In this document: positions 1-13,375 of the stretch, piece by piece
Layout of the letters: the number at the start of each line of letters is the position of its first letter
How positions within the stretch are numbered: the first letter of the stretch is position 1
NCBI GenBank assembly: GCA_964016885.1
Contig: OZ024742.1
Span: forward strand, 54,002,001 to 54,066,000
Source of the DNA: Eledone cirrhosa
Lineage: Eukaryota
DNA: 64,000 bases
Direction: 5' to 3'
Notes under the pieces: generated by a model
Database searches by the model: none
Told to the model about the DNA's origin: nothing
The model's input: the letters and a program-made list of their open reading frames with translations, nothing else
Made by a program: the position numbers and the translations under genes

Positions 1-216
1 ATATATTAATCTCCCCTTTGGTCGAGATGATTTGGTCGTTTGACTACTGCTATTTATAGTGGTAGTAGATTGACCTCCCTGCCTCTGCCTTCTATCTTTG
101 CACTCGGCACTGGACAGAATTGCTTCCACATCATTCATTCTCATCTCGGGAACAATTTTGAATAGCGTCAGTTCGTAATTTGAACTCGGGAATTTTATAT
201 TCTCCGAGTGAAAAAA

Positions 217-303
217 ACCTTCTGACGAGAGTTCATCTTTTCAATGGAAGCCCGTAAGGACTATCCATTTATTTTTGAGACTCGAAACCGATTCGGTAAA
301 GGT
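217..303 (+). ncRNA. Type I hammerhead ribozyme, probably at a PLE 3' end/pLTR
   Basis: ACCTT-CTGACGA-GAGT..(55 nt stem II)..ACTC-GAAA-CCGATTCGG-TA-AAGGT. Stem I ACCTT/AAGGT, full catalytic core, followed ~70 nt later by (TA)n. Confidence 0.8.
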
Positions 304-370
304 AACCATAGTAAGTACAGTGAATTTTTTGAAATTTATTTTGAAACTTTTTCTTATTTGCTAAGCCTTG

Positions 371-884
<514 letters not shown>

Positions 885-907
885 GGCTACAAGTTCGATT
901 TATATCA

Positions 908-1085
908 ATTATTATTACTATTATTGTTGTGCTATTTCGTTTAGCTCAGTTCTGTTTCTCTGTTGCCGGGTTCAGGCCCTGAACCTATGGCAATAGATGT
1001 TTTTATTGTAGAGAGAGAACTCGCCTGAGAATGTGTGTTGTTCCTAGTAGCCTGATCTTCTGTAGCTCATATTTGCTGATCTTGA
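908..1085 (-). mobile_element. 3'-terminal fragment of an R4/Dong-like (RLE) LINE
   Basis: Minus strand reads ELQKIRLLGTTHILRRVLSLQ*, the typical C-terminus of this clade. It ends at an imperfect (TAA)n tract at 908-925. Confidence 0.6.
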
Positions 1086-1160
1086 AGAGAAGGACGATAA
1101 GGTTGCAGGTATGAGGATTTGGGTACTAATCCTAATGCTCATATTAGAACAGGGATAGTA

Positions 1161-2160
1161 CTATTATTATTATTATTATTATTACGATTTTTTCATTTAT
1201 CTTGCTTTATATTCATACGAGTTATCACCAAGTCACAACCAGTGACCTCAAGAGACAACAAGGTCTGCCATGATCAAGAAAAAAACACACACACACACAT
1301 GTATCATCAGGTGTTTACACTTGTGATATATTTATATTGACAGAATATTACTTAGTATATGGGCAGTTCCCATTAGTACTATCTTTTGTATTTCTTATAT
1401 ACGCGGGTTTCCTGGGATTTGGGATAAGAAATCATTAGACCTCTTAGGTATCATTCCTAGAGCGCCTACAACCACTGGTATTGTCTTACTTCTCAACTTC
1501 CACATTTTTCCAATCTCTATCTCCAGATTATACATGCTCAATTTTTCAAATGTTTTATAGATACATTCTTGTCTATAGGAAAGGTCATGTCACTTAGCAA
1601 GCATACTCTCTTTTTAAAGTCCTTCAGTATTATATCAGGTCTATTTTTCGGTCTGTTTTGATGCTAAAGTTCTACAAAATTGAGATGTGACCTTTTTCAA
1701 GTACGGGGATGGTTGAAGCTCACACCAATTCATTTGATGCGGCAGGTCAAAATGCTCACACATTACCCAATGTATGTATTATGCAGCTCTGTCGTCTCTG
1801 TTTGGGTATTCGGTTGGTGCTATAGGGCTGCACATTGAAATTATATGATCAATGGTCTCTGGTTGTTTTTTACATACACGGCATAATGGGTTGCATCCAT
1901 CTTTTATGATGTTGGCTTGATGAATTTTTGTTGGCAGACACTGATCTTGTGCTGATATAATCAGTCCTTCAGTCTCCGATTTCAGTCCAGAGGATGCCAC
2001 TTATGGGTTAAAGTGTTGTCAACATCAGCATTGTTACATCTTTCATGGTATTTTTCATACAGAGGCTTTTCTTGCCAGTTACTTTAATAGTTCATTATTT
2101 TGCAGTTACTTTTACCTACTTTGCTTTTTCTGTTTTTCATTTCAACAGTAAAGGGAACTT
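1161..2160 (-). pseudogene. R4/Dong-like LINE 3' part (CCHC zinc knuckle + restriction-like endonuclease), decayed
   Basis: ORF 1779-2000 GLKSETEGLIISAQDQ..CRVCKKQPETIDHIISMC; downstream IEIGKMWKLRSKTIPVVVGALG..EIQKIVLMGTAH. The 3' end abuts (TAA)n at 1161-1183. Confidence 0.8.
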
Positions 2161-2199
2161 CTGAAATTTGTAGTTCATTAATGTATGTATGTACATCTT

Positions 2200-3840
2200 T
2201 TGAAAAAAAGAAAAAGGAACAAAAGAAAGGAGAAAGATAGAAGAGGAAAGAAAGAACGATTATATATATTGATAGTGAAAATAGAGTGCATGAAGAGATA
2301 AACATAGACAGCGTATGTATATCTAAATGAGAGAAGAAATGAGAATAGCGTGGAAGAATAATATTTATTTTTGATTATAATACTTATAATGATAGGTTGA
2401 AAAATTAGATTAAAATTAAATTAAACTTAAAAATTAGAAATCAAAATTAAAGATTAAAATTGACCTTAATATTAAAGATTTAATTTAATAATTTAATATT
2501 AATAATTATGTTAAGGATTATAAATTATTTAAATAAATATATAGTATTTTACATTAGAGCAAAACTAGTATAGTTTATTTTATTAAAAGTTGTAAGTCAA
2601 AATTTAAACATCCTCATAATTCTAAATTTATGAAAAATTTACGAGAGTTTACAAAAGAATAACCACTTAGTTATATTATAAAAACAGTAAGGAAGTGTAA
2701 AGGAAGTTAGAAGTGATTTTTTAAGAACTCAGAATACTCTAAGGATTAAATGTTATAAAGTTAAAAAGTTAAAAACTTTTTATCTTAAGAATATAATTAA
2801 AACATGAACCATATGTTATTTTATACGAAGTCATAAATTTACTTGCTATAAAGTTAAAACATTAACATTAAAACATTAAAAAAATGTATCATAAGAATAT
2901 ATTTAAAGCATAAACCATAGGTTATTCCACATATATATTAAAAAAACCTATATATAAAAATCATATGTTTTAAAACGTTTTAAGATATAACAAATATAAA
3001 AATATTGGGAGATATGAAAATAATGTTTTTTCTATATCTTTCAAAGGAATTTTCAAAGATTTTTCCTAAAACCGTCCGTAAGTTTTTCAAGAAACAAATT
3101 TTTCTTAAAGCAGTCATATAAACATTTTTTATAATCTATCGATAGGTGTAATAATATAAAGTTATAGTATATATATGTGAAGTAGAGATATGAATCATAT
3201 ATAGATATAGAAGACATTATGTAAAAGAGATAAATCATATATTACATTTTATATATATATTTAAAAGTTGAGTTTAAACGATGTTTGCAGGAACTGAATA
3301 AATTATTTCGCAAATTAATAGAGTTCTTACTTTTTAGTATAAAGGATATTTCTGCAACACAAAGAGAGCAATTTCGGGATAAAGTAGTGTATGAAGGAGC
3401 ATTGGAAATAATTTTCCAAAGTAAAGAATAGTTAATATTCTTGGATTTCAGGTCCTATAATAAGTTAGATAGAGAAGTTGAAGATTTTTTACCAATATTC
3501 GTAAAGGAACATTTATGGTTATTAAAACGACATTTGAAGTCTGTGGAAGTAGAGCCGACATAATTAAAAGAGTTTTCATTTGTTTTAACATTACAGTTGT
3601 ATACTATATTTTTAACTAAACAATTATTATTTAGAGGACAGTTAGATTTATTTCTACAATTACATTTATCTAAATTTATATTATTGGGAGCCGTAACATT
3701 ATATTGGATATTGCTAGGGGTATTAATGCTATTCTGGTTAGGTTTCAAGTTTCTATTATTAATTCTATTAATATTCTGCGCTAAATTCATAGTGGCGGAA
3801 TATGAGAGTTTAATAGTATGTCTATTAAAGATTGAGTAAT
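2200..3840 (-). mobile_element. 5'-truncated Naiad-type Penelope-like element: GIY-YIG domain (~3240-3840) plus AT-rich 3' UTR
   Basis: KCNCRNKSNCPLNNNCLVKNIVYNCNVK..YVGSTSTDFKCRFNNH; premature stop at 3455, then CSLC..N..CKHR. Homologous to ORF 40099-42105. Confidence 0.85.
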
Positions 3841-3881
3841 ACCTGTGTGTATACGCAATATTTATTTATAAAACAAATCTG

Positions 3882-3947
3882 TATTTTATCTGATGAAAGC
3901 GCACCATAATTTGCCTTGGTTGCCCTTGAAATATGTATAATAAAATA
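3882..3947 (+). ncRNA. Type I hammerhead ribozyme in an inverted pLTR-like segment
   Basis: TATTTTAT-CTGATGA-AAGCGCACC..GGTTGCCCTT-GAAA-TATGTA-TA-ATAAAATA; 8-bp stem I. A sister copy lies at 50895-50955 (-). Confidence 0.75.
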
Positions 3948-4052
3948 AATATGGTTTTATAAATATAGTTTCCATTTATTAATATATTGTATATTTAGTC
4001 CACTAACTGTTGAGTGCTTTATATCAGTTATAAACTTTTTTAAATTAAATAT

Positions 4053-4143
4053 ATAGCGGAACCTCGGTTCACAAACGTAATGCTTTCCTGAAGGCAGTTC
4101 GGCATCCGAAATGTCCGTAAAGCGAAACTATTTTACCAATAAG

Positions 4144-4145
<2 letters not shown>
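4053..4145 (+). mobile_element. Possible pogo/Tigger-like DNA transposon terminus
   Basis: TA-TAGCGGAACCTCGGTTCACAAACGTAAT resembles CAGTGGAACCTCGG-type TIRs; no partner end found. Confidence 0.35.
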
Positions 4146-4234
<89 letters not shown>

Positions 4235-4374
4235 GTGTAAAAGAGAGATAGATATCACCATAGTAACTCACAACACATCAAGTGACTCTATCCTGCCGAT
4301 TTTCCAAGCTGGTTGTAAACCGTTTTTGCTGGCTTGCGTGTGCGTTACTAGAGTGACCGTTCATGAACAGAGAC

Positions 4375-4414
<40 letters not shown>

Positions 4415-4462
4415 AACACATATAAAATTTGTAATGAAGTTGTTCCAAAGAAGAAATGACAA

Positions 4463-4640
4463 TAATAATTGTTTCTACATTTGGCACAAGGCCTGCAATT
4501 ACGCAGTACATTACTGGTACTTTATTTTATCGACCCCGTAAGGATAAAAGGCAAAGTTAACCTCGACGGGATTTGAACTCAGACCGTAAAGAGACGTAAC
4601 TATGCTGGAAAGCATGGCGTCCGACCCTAGTCGGTGAATA
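4463..4640 (-). mobile_element. tRNA-derived SINE (cephalopod-type)
   Basis: Reverse complement contains B-box GAGTTCAAATCC and the core CTTTGCCTTTTATCCTTACGGGGTCGATAAAATAAAGTACCAGT; multiple copies in the window. Confidence 0.85.
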
Positions 4641-4959
4641 TATGTGATAGTTGAGAAAATCGAAGAAGTGCAAAAGTTAAGATATGTACCTGTGTTGGGA
4701 CGAATACTTTTAAAATTTCATATTTGTAATATTTAATTAAACGACTTTACATGTATTCATATATATTGTGTCATTCATAAGTAGTACGCATTTTTCCAAT
4801 TGAATGCAATAAAAGTTGGAGGGGGTGGGATAAACACTTGCATAAACTTGCTATAAAAGCAGGTATTAAATTTACCTTGTTCTCATTCTTATTGCAAGCT
4901 TTGAAAAATCCAGTTCATCTTAATTTAAAAAAACAAAAAGTATAAAATATACTGCATTA

Positions 4960-5143
4960 TTTCCAGTATCGGTAGTGGGTCGGACGCTATGCTTTGCAGC
5001 ATAGAGTTACGGTCCTTTACGGTTTCAGTTCAAATCCCGCCGAGGTTAACTTTGCCTCTTATCCTTACGGGTTCGATAAAATAAAGTACCAGTAATGTAC
5101 TGGAATAATTGCTGGCCTTGTGTCAAAAGTAGAAACAATTATT
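4960..5143 (+). mobile_element. tRNA-derived SINE, same family
   Basis: GTTCAAATCCCGCCGAGGTTAACTTTGCC..GATAAAATAAAGTACCAGTAATG..GCTGGCCTTGTGTCAAAAGTAGAAACAAT. Confidence 0.85.
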
Positions 5144-5249
5144 TATGGTATGTCCCAATATGTACTAAATGAGAAGGGGCGGTAGAGGCAGTAAAAAAAG
5201 CAAAAATATATTATTATGGTATAAAACCAAGTAGATTGGCAGAATAATG

Positions 5250-5470
5250 GTTCTGATTTAGACACAAGGCCAACAATTTTTTTGGGGGAGGGGAAAATCG
5301 ATTAAATCCACCCCGATGTATTACTGGTACTTTATTTTATCGACCCCGCATGGATGAAAGGCAAAACTAACTTCGGCGCGATTTTAACTCAGAACGTAAA
5401 GGGCCTTAACTCTATGCTGCTAAGCATGTTGTCGGACCGATTCTGCCAATCCACTGTCCTACCTTGGCAG
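5250..5470 (-). mobile_element. tRNA-derived SINE, variant with longer 3' region
   Basis: Same core (CTGGTACTTTATTTTATCGACCCCG..GGATGAAAGGCAAA) with an extra GGGGGAGGGGAAAATCGATT segment. Confidence 0.8.
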
Positions 5471-6086
5471 AATATTAATACCTAATGATTGAGTTAAATA
5501 ACTGAAGAATTGAGTTTGCCATTCTTTACCTATATTGTTTTTATACGACATATTGTAATACTTTCTTCCCCAGCGTGATTTTCTTATTATCTCTATTTCT
5601 CGATATCTGCCTCAGACGAAATAATATTTTCCATTGCATATGTCATGAATGAGTCACAAATAAACCCAATTTAAGAGAGTGATAGACAAGCACACACACA
5701 CACACACGCATGGACACTCACACATACACTCGCGCATACATGGACACGCACAGAAACATGGACAGCAACACACGTACACACACACACATATATGGCTTAG
5801 TGTTTATGTCAATACGGCTTGCTGAACATAGTAAATCCCATCAATTTTCTCAGTTAACTTCACAATAACATTTCCAGTGACACCCAATATGAAATAAGAA
5901 TTCTGCTGTCAGTATATACATTCCATTGTCTTGGCATTTGTTGTAACCCACTGAGCTGTTAGATCAAATCATGCTGAGGTTAAATTTCTCTTCATCCTAT
6001 CGAGGTCGATGAAAAATACGAATCTAGTAATCGGCTAGATTAATCCACTATATCGCTTTGTCGCTTCTCTTCATATTTTCAATGAA

Positions 6087-6183
<97 letters not shown>

Positions 6184-6258
6184 TATGTATATATATATAT
6201 TAGAAAATGAGGTTTTTTTTACAAAATGAAAAAAACGAGATGTCCTACACGAGTGAAA

Positions 6259-6547
6259 GTATAAGGAAAAAAGATGAAATCGAAAATGCAACTGGAGTCT
6301 TTTTAAGAATATTTATTTTGTTCCTTTACCGGTTTCGCAGTTCTTGAGCTTTTCAAAAGTAGAATTGAGATGGAGCGTTTGTGGTTTTTCTCGCATCTGA
6401 GAAAAAACCCACATCTGCGAGAAAAACCACAAACCCTCCATCTCAATTCTACTTTTGAAAAGCACAAGAACTGCGAAACCGGTCAAGGAACGAAATAAAT
6501 ATTCTTAAAAAGACTCCAGTTGCATTTTCGATTTCATCTTTTTTCCT

Positions 6548-6552
<5 letters not shown>
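6259..6552. repeat. Fold-back inverted repeat, 137-bp arms and 20-bp spacer, containing a decayed HHR
   Basis: 6259-6395 is the reverse complement of 6416-6552 with a few mismatches. The right arm has TTGAAAA-GCA..TGC-GAAA-CCGG-TC. Confidence 0.9.
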
Positions 6553-6593
<41 letters not shown>

Positions 6594-6595
6594 TG

Positions 6596-6646
6596 AGATT
6601 CTACAGGACTAGAACTGTTTCATTCATTAGAAATCATCAGGAATCT
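6596..6646 (-). ncRNA. Type I hammerhead ribozyme
   Basis: Minus strand: AGATTC-CTGATGA-TTTCTAATGAAT-GAAA-CAG..CTG-TA-GAATCT; 6-bp stem I and a real stem III. Confidence 0.75.
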
Positions 6647-7121
6647 GGGTATCAAAAAATAAAAATGGTATTTATAGGTCTCTACAAGTGGTAGGAGAGG
6701 GTGGGGAGTGGGATGGGTGTAGATCATTGGTTGATAGAAAAGGGAATTCATTAAAAGCTAATTCTACAAAGCTATAGTTTATTTTTATTTATTTATGTTT
6801 TTAGAGTAACAAGGGCAGACAGAATTCTATAAACAGGTTCCGGATGGCATACCATTCCTTGTCATTAAGTTTCCCTTAAGCTAACAGATGTCTATAAGAT
6901 CAGTGGGGGGTCAGTCATGGTCGATAGAATTAAAGAAAAGGGAGATTCTTTAAAAGCTAAAATCATTAAGGTTCTACTAAGTGACAAAGGTTTAGAGAAT
7001 TCTGTAGACAGATTCAAAATACTGAGTGCATATCTTACAATTATCTTCGAACTTCTCTTAAACTAATCAACTATATGCCAAAAATCAACAGACACATTCA
7101 CAAAAAAACATACTCACTCAC

Positions 7122-7170
<49 letters not shown>

Positions 7171-7282
7171 TGTGTGCGTGTGTATACCTTTAAATTGGAT
7201 GGTTTACCACTGGATAGAATTGGTCATCCTCCAATATTATCCAAGACGTAATATGAGAAAAGCACCTGACGTTATACAACTC

Positions 7283-7478
7283 ATCCATCTTTGAAGTTGA
7301 ATCATGTTGGTGGTGCAGGAATGGAGTCAAATTGTGTAATAGATGTATGCCAACGGAATGATGATACACCTATTCCAAGAGGCTTTAAGGAAACAAGCAA
7401 AGCAAAAACCAGAGAAGAATAAAGTGTGTTTATGTTTTTGTCCCAGAGAAGTACGAAGCAGTATGTTGTTATAATGCC
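7283..7478 (+). repeat. Dispersed repeat, inverse copy of 18675-18875 (probable PLE 3' region)
   Basis: CATCCATCTTTGAAGTTGAATCATGTTGGTG..CCAAGAGGCTTTAAGGAA..GTTGTTATAATGCC matches the reverse complement of 18675-18875. Confidence 0.8.
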
Positions 7479-7749
7479 CCGTTGGTATACATCATATATA
7501 TATATATATATATAATAATAATAATAGGGTTAAAGTATCGTAAGAGAGGTTGGAGCGGAGAGATACAAAGAGGTGCGATACAGAATACTAAATGTCAAAA
7601 GCCGAAGCGTAGTGTGTTCGATGCTTGGGTTAGCAGGGTTAAATATTAGAGAAGGTTAATATTTAGCGTAAGGTTTAAGCACAGCTGGAATAAGCAAGTG
7701 AATGAGTGAATGAAAGAGTTACAAGCCGTTAAAACATATCTTTATATAG

Positions 7750-7790
7750 CTCTTACACGTGTTTCGCCCAGAGTGGCTCGTCGGAGGTAG
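7750..7790 (-). ncRNA. Decayed minimal hammerhead
   Basis: CCGACGA-GCC-ACTCTG-GGC-GAAA-CACGTG-TA; U4 mutated and stem I weak. Confidence 0.5.
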
Positions 7791-7897
7791 ATATTCCAAT
7801 GGCTAGCTCCTTAATTACAAATCTCTGAGAGGGTATTATAACATCACATCGCTATGCATCGTGACTCTTATAACTCTTTCAATCACTCATTCATTTG

Positions 7898-7962
<65 letters not shown>

Positions 7963-8079
7963 AGTTGAGCCAACATATGAAGCATCATTTACAAATGAGA
8001 CTAATCACCTCATTTACACTGACGAGAAAACTATATATTCTCGACTGTTTTCAAGTTTTCAAGTCCAAGTGTGGGAGGC

Positions 8080-8122
8080 ATCGTCCTGATGAGGACCATT
8101 TAAGTCCGAAATGATAGACGAT
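8080..8122 (+). ncRNA. Minimal type I hammerhead ribozyme
   Basis: ATCGTC-CTGATGA-GGAC-CATTTAA-GTCC-GAAA-TGA-TA-GACGAT; perfect stems I and II; stem III one base short of the palindrome TCGA. Confidence 0.7.
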
Positions 8123-8269
8123 TGGCCCCCTTCCTTCGGCTGGACACCAGATGTTTTTTGCATAGCTACGGCTTTCTATATGTTTACCTGTAAACATACC
8201 GTGTTTCTTTAGAAATACGAAATTTCTATACATATCTGTATACAGCTGTGCCTGAAGGTAAATCCTAAT

Positions 8270-8432
<163 letters not shown>

Positions 8433-8459
8433 TTATATATATATGTATATATGTATATA

Positions 8460-11400
8460 TATTACATGATTATGTAAACTGATGAAGATGTAGCGTGTAC
8501 CATTGCAGTGCCCGTTTAGAGCATCCAGATTTTTCAGAAGCATGATGCAACTGCCTTTCTTCAGTTTAAGTATGTGTGTTGGGAAGCCTGATGGGGTAAG
8601 TTTGTTGATGAACACAATTTGATATTACAGTTCATTATCTACTGTATCAGAGCCTCTGTAGATTATTTCATGACCAGGGAACTTGTTTAACATGAACTCA
8701 TTCACCAATCTTGCTGCCTCATTTGTTGGAGTGATAATGGCTCTATTTGCAAGCCAAAGTGGGTTGTGTAGTTTCCTGGAAGATTTGTAAACACAAAATC
8801 ACACAGTCCAGACACATTACCATATTCCAGACAAAGTTCATTTCGCAGAAGAATTGTGTATGCACCTACAGTTGGAACAGTTGGAATGTTACCATTTCCC
8901 ACATCAAGAAGGTAGTTTGCAAACTGTCTTTCATCAGAGTCCTCTGAATTAATTAACCGTTGATTTGTTGTCTTCTCCATGGTTTCCACATAATCCCAGA
9001 GATAGGATCTCTTGATGGTTGCCTCAACTATTTGTGGTCTAGCACCATGACGTACAACTGGAAGAATTTGCTTCCAGTCACCAGATAGTAATACTGTTAG
9101 ACCACCATATGGCTTTTTGCAATCTCGAACATCTTTGAAGCTCCTGTCAAGGCATTCAAAGATATGCTTATGTCCCATCCATACCTATCTCATCAATGAT
9201 TAGCAGATCAACTTACTGCATAAGTTTACCTGTTTCATCCCTCTTTGTGAAGAAGCAAGTTGATTCAGCAGTCACATTGAGCGGAATCTTTCACTTAAAA
9301 TGAAGAATTCAACCTTTGTGAAACAAAGTGGCTGCTATTCCAGATATGGCAGTGGCAAGTGCAATTCTTTTTTTAGATCGGCGGTAATCCAATAGGATGC
9401 TTATGACATAGGTATTTCCTGTACCTGCACTTGCATTCAAGCAGAAAATTCTGCCTACATTTTCATTTACAGACGTGATTACTTTGTGAAAAATAACCAG
9501 TTGCTCAGGATTCAATGTTGGCAGAAGTTCATTTATGTTTGCTTGCAGTTGGTGTGTATTGAAATCAGTTTCTGTCATACGAACCCTGTTGATTTCTGGT
9601 ATGGCAACAATAGTTGGGTCTGACCGAGGAAGTCCATAGTTGGCATGAATGTCCAAGCCATCATGTTGAAGTCTTTGTTGGATCTTCTGTAGAACAATCT
9701 GCACGGTTTGCATGTACATGACTTGCTCATGACGTTCATGCATGATATCCTCTGCAAGACAATTCTTCCATTTCTCCCAGAACTGCGAAGGGTCATTTGG
9801 CATCCAGTACAATAAAATGGCACAGAAGATCTCTCGCAACTGAGGACCAAGTGTAATGGATGAGGCCTCTTCCATAGCTTTGTCTTTTTCTCCATCTTCA
9901 TCTAACAGACCAAGTTTCCTGCATGCTTCTTGGAATGTTGGAAATTGAACTCCTTCAATTGTCCACAAATCTTTGTATGAAGTTGACCCAGCCTTGTGAT
10001 GTAGGATCATTCTGAGTTAATATAATTCAGATTGATGTCTACTGAGAGGTACTGTTGGAATGCGCCCAAGAGATTCACTTTTAAATTGCTGATCACCATC
10101 CAGATGTCCCTTTTTTCATCTTTGCACCTTTTTGTTTGTCCAAGTGAAATATTTAGGAATATCAATATACAACATGTTTTGTGCCAGTGGGTCTTGAATA
10201 TTCAGTTGAAAATATTCCGTCAACTAGTCATTGGCTGTCCCCTAGAAACAATACTTTCTTTCTGCCCTCGCTCATATACGACCATAAATGGCAAGGCAAC
10301 TTTTCAACTGGCGGTTTACGTTGATGTAATGGAAATTTATAGATTCTCCAGAATGCTTCACTGGCTGAGATGTACCGTGCATTGATATAGGTCTCAATCT
10401 CATTTTGGGCATGGACACAATTTCCTTGATCATCCCAATAGTGAAAGGATCTTGTCTGATCCTTTCGTGATGTACTTATATAAGTACTTAACAGCCTTGA
10501 CACTGTGGAAAATCTCACAATTGATGTGGCACTGATATCTCAATGAGAGGAAAGGGTTGTATGGAACAATCCAACGATTATAAACAGTAAATTCTTGACC
10601 TTTATGTTGGATTGTATGGGTGTGACCACTATGATCTCTATCCCTTCTTCTATACTCCGGAAAGGAATTTTCTGAAACAAATGTGGTTTGTCCGAATGCC
10701 TTGGGATAACTTTTTGAGCAATGGCGTTGTTGTCCTAGCCCTTTCATACATGAGCACATCATATTAGCTTGTCCACATGGACCATGAATGTTGGATGCAG
10801 GATGTGATGATCTTATGCAGAATTGGATTGGTCTCTTTATCAGAAATCTCACAGCACACTACCTGATCAATGGCATCAGCAGTTTTGGTTTTGCTATCTT
10901 CAGCCATTATAAACAGAATATGAGCATGCGTGGGGCCTCGCTTCTGCCACTCTATTGTAGCAGAATGAGCCACAACTTTTCCTAGGACATTTTCTGTCAA
11001 TATGTCATCCACGAAGCTGTCATACTTGATCTTGAAGACTCTTGCACAAATATCAGGACGGTCTCTAGGTTCTTCACTAGGATGCAAACTATTTTTTATT
11101 TCATCCCAGTTAGGGTTAGTTGTTACCATGATCAAATAAGATCGCTTTCCCATGTGTCGAACCACAGCCATCGAATCCTGAAAGCAGTCACTGTAGAAGC
11201 GAGGGGAACAATAGATTGAAGGAGGAAGAACAATTCTCCGGCCTGCATTTACTGAATTTCCTTCAGCCACAGCATCATACAAACCCTTATACTTTTCAGC
11301 TCGTATCATGGTTTGATTGTTGCGGGCCCATTTGAAGCGACAATGTTCTATTTTTGCCTGGGCATCTACAGCATATTGCTGCATCAGCCGCCTGCTCTTC

Positions 11401-12490
11401 ATGATAATGTTACTGTCACCTTGCCTAACCTGAAACCGATAACAGTAGAAATCAGTGGGTGTGAGTGTGTGGTTGTTGTCAGTCCTTTTCAAACCAACCT
11501 GAAACCCATTATTCCCCCAAGTAAACAGTAGCACATAATGCAGAGGATCATAAGAATGGTGCAACTGATGAACCCTCTGAAGACCACCATCTCGTTTATG
11601 AATGATTACATCCAAATGACATAATGTTGTATCAGGTTGAATAACAGCAATCTCAGATGCCATGGGGAGATTATATGTGCGACAATGAAAATCAGTGGGT
11701 TTTACTTTGTCAGCATGTATGACAGTATTCACATTTTCAGAGACTGGCATTTCAATGACTGACTTGAAGCTTCTTATATGGGTGTTGGAGTAGTGCAAGT
11801 CTTCTTGCAGGTCCTGCAGGACAGCAGCATCTAAATTAGCATGATGCAAGAGATTCTGAAGCTCATGATCTGTATCATAGAAGTAGAGCTGCACAAAACT
11901 GGGTGAAGCATCACTTGGAAGTAGTGATCCAATAATATGACAAATCTTACCTTGGATCTTAAATGTGGGACTAAATCCTGGTGCTTTAATCTGTTTGCAA
12001 CCAATTTAAACTAAGGCAAGCACATTGTTATATGCCCGTATCTTATGGAGAAAAGAATTTCCTGCTTGAGTGATATCGAAATAGTTCAGTATATTTGGTG
12101 GAGGAGGAGGAAGTTAGGGGAGTTTCACTTTTCCCTGGAAGCAGCACAGAAATTTGGGTTTATGTGGCCAGTGATAAGCTTTGCAGTGCGGACAAACAGA
12201 GGCAAAGAGACTTCCTGCATTATGTTGTGGCATTATGGAAAGAACAGTTTGCTCTTGGAAAGGTTCATCTGTAGGATTCTTTGCCAGACCTTCAATTGAC
12301 CTGTTCCTTCCTCTCTGAACGTTTGGTGTATTTGTTGTAAGTTGTGTTAACTGAATTACATTTCTAAAAGTGTGTTGGAATGTTGTAAAGCGATTATTGT
12401 TTGATTGATTTGTCCTCATCTCTCTTTGTCGATGTGAATCTGCTGCTATGCGTTGGAATTTAGATGAGAAATGTTTTCTGCGTCCCATGT
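8460..12490 (-). pseudogene. Helitron RepHel (HUH Rep + PIF1-like helicase), frameshifted and 3'-truncated
   Basis: Rep motifs TIEWQKRGPTHAHIL and KYLYKYITKG; helicase motifs ASAGTGNT, GGLTVLLSGDWKQILPVV, PSGFPTHILKLKKGSCIMLLKNL..CNGTR. Split over ORFs 12114-12488, 10764-11894, 10430-10852, 10228-10518, 9309-10010, 8702-9178 and 8433-8615. Confidence 0.92.
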
Positions 12491-12732
12491 TCAGTTTCTG
12501 TCATGTATGTATAAATATATATTATCTCTACGGTGAAATCTTAGAAATAAATATATGTTAAATCAAAAAAATAAATATAAATATAAATATATCTATATCT
12601 ATATATATATATATATATAAGTTGAAAAAAATGAAAACGAAATTTCATTTCTCACTCTTAGTATGGCACTTACTTAAATGTAAGTATGTATGTATACGTA
12701 CATACATATATGTATACAGACGTACAGTAGTA

Positions 12733-12822
<90 letters not shown>

Positions 12823-13002
12823 TATACATACACATACACATATGCATACAGGTACACATACATATATGCACGCATCAGTTTAGCCGACGTTTATTATAAC
12901 GCGTGCTTTGTTCGTTTGTTTGTCAACAAATCGAACAGCCTGAATTTATGCCATACAGTGTTAAGGCAACCACGTCACCTTTTTGTTCAACACTGACACA
13001 GG

Positions 13003-13047
13003 AACGATGTACTAGTTTCAAGCTTGTTAGCTATCATCAGCACCGTT
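13003..13047 (-). ncRNA. Minimal type I hammerhead, array A unit 1
   Basis: AACGGTG-CTGATGA-T-AGCT-AACA-AGCT-T-GAAA-CTAG-TA-CATCGTT; predicted cut between 13010 and 13009. Confidence 0.85.
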
Positions 13048-13093
13048 TACCCATCTGCCAGATAGTTGAACGTTCGAAAGTATATACTTTCCT

Positions 13094-13129
13094 TATGAAA
13101 ATTAACGGCTGAGCAGCCTAATTTGCATA
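13094..13129. promoter_or_regulatory. Octamer-containing hairpin (ATTTGCAT at 13121-13128; also 13674, 14201, 14746)
   Basis: TATGAAAATTA-AC-GGCTG-AG-CAGCC-TAATTTGCATA; the octamer is a perfect consensus and is conserved in array B. Function is inferred. Confidence 0.45.
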
Positions 13130-13281
13130 TTGAGTGAGTTAAATCGGTCAGGCATACCGAGAACGATAAGTTGAAAAAAATGAAAACGAAATTTCATTTC
13201 TCACTCTTAGTATGGCACTTACTTAAATGTAAGTATGTATGTATACGTACATACATATATGTATACAGACGTACAGTAGCA

Positions 13282-13375
<94 letters not shown>

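Noticed and set aside
8460-12490. Functional host PIF1 helicase gene
   Set aside because: It is fused to Helitron Rep motifs, has multiple frameshifts and stops, a mutated Walker A (GTGNT) and a truncated end.
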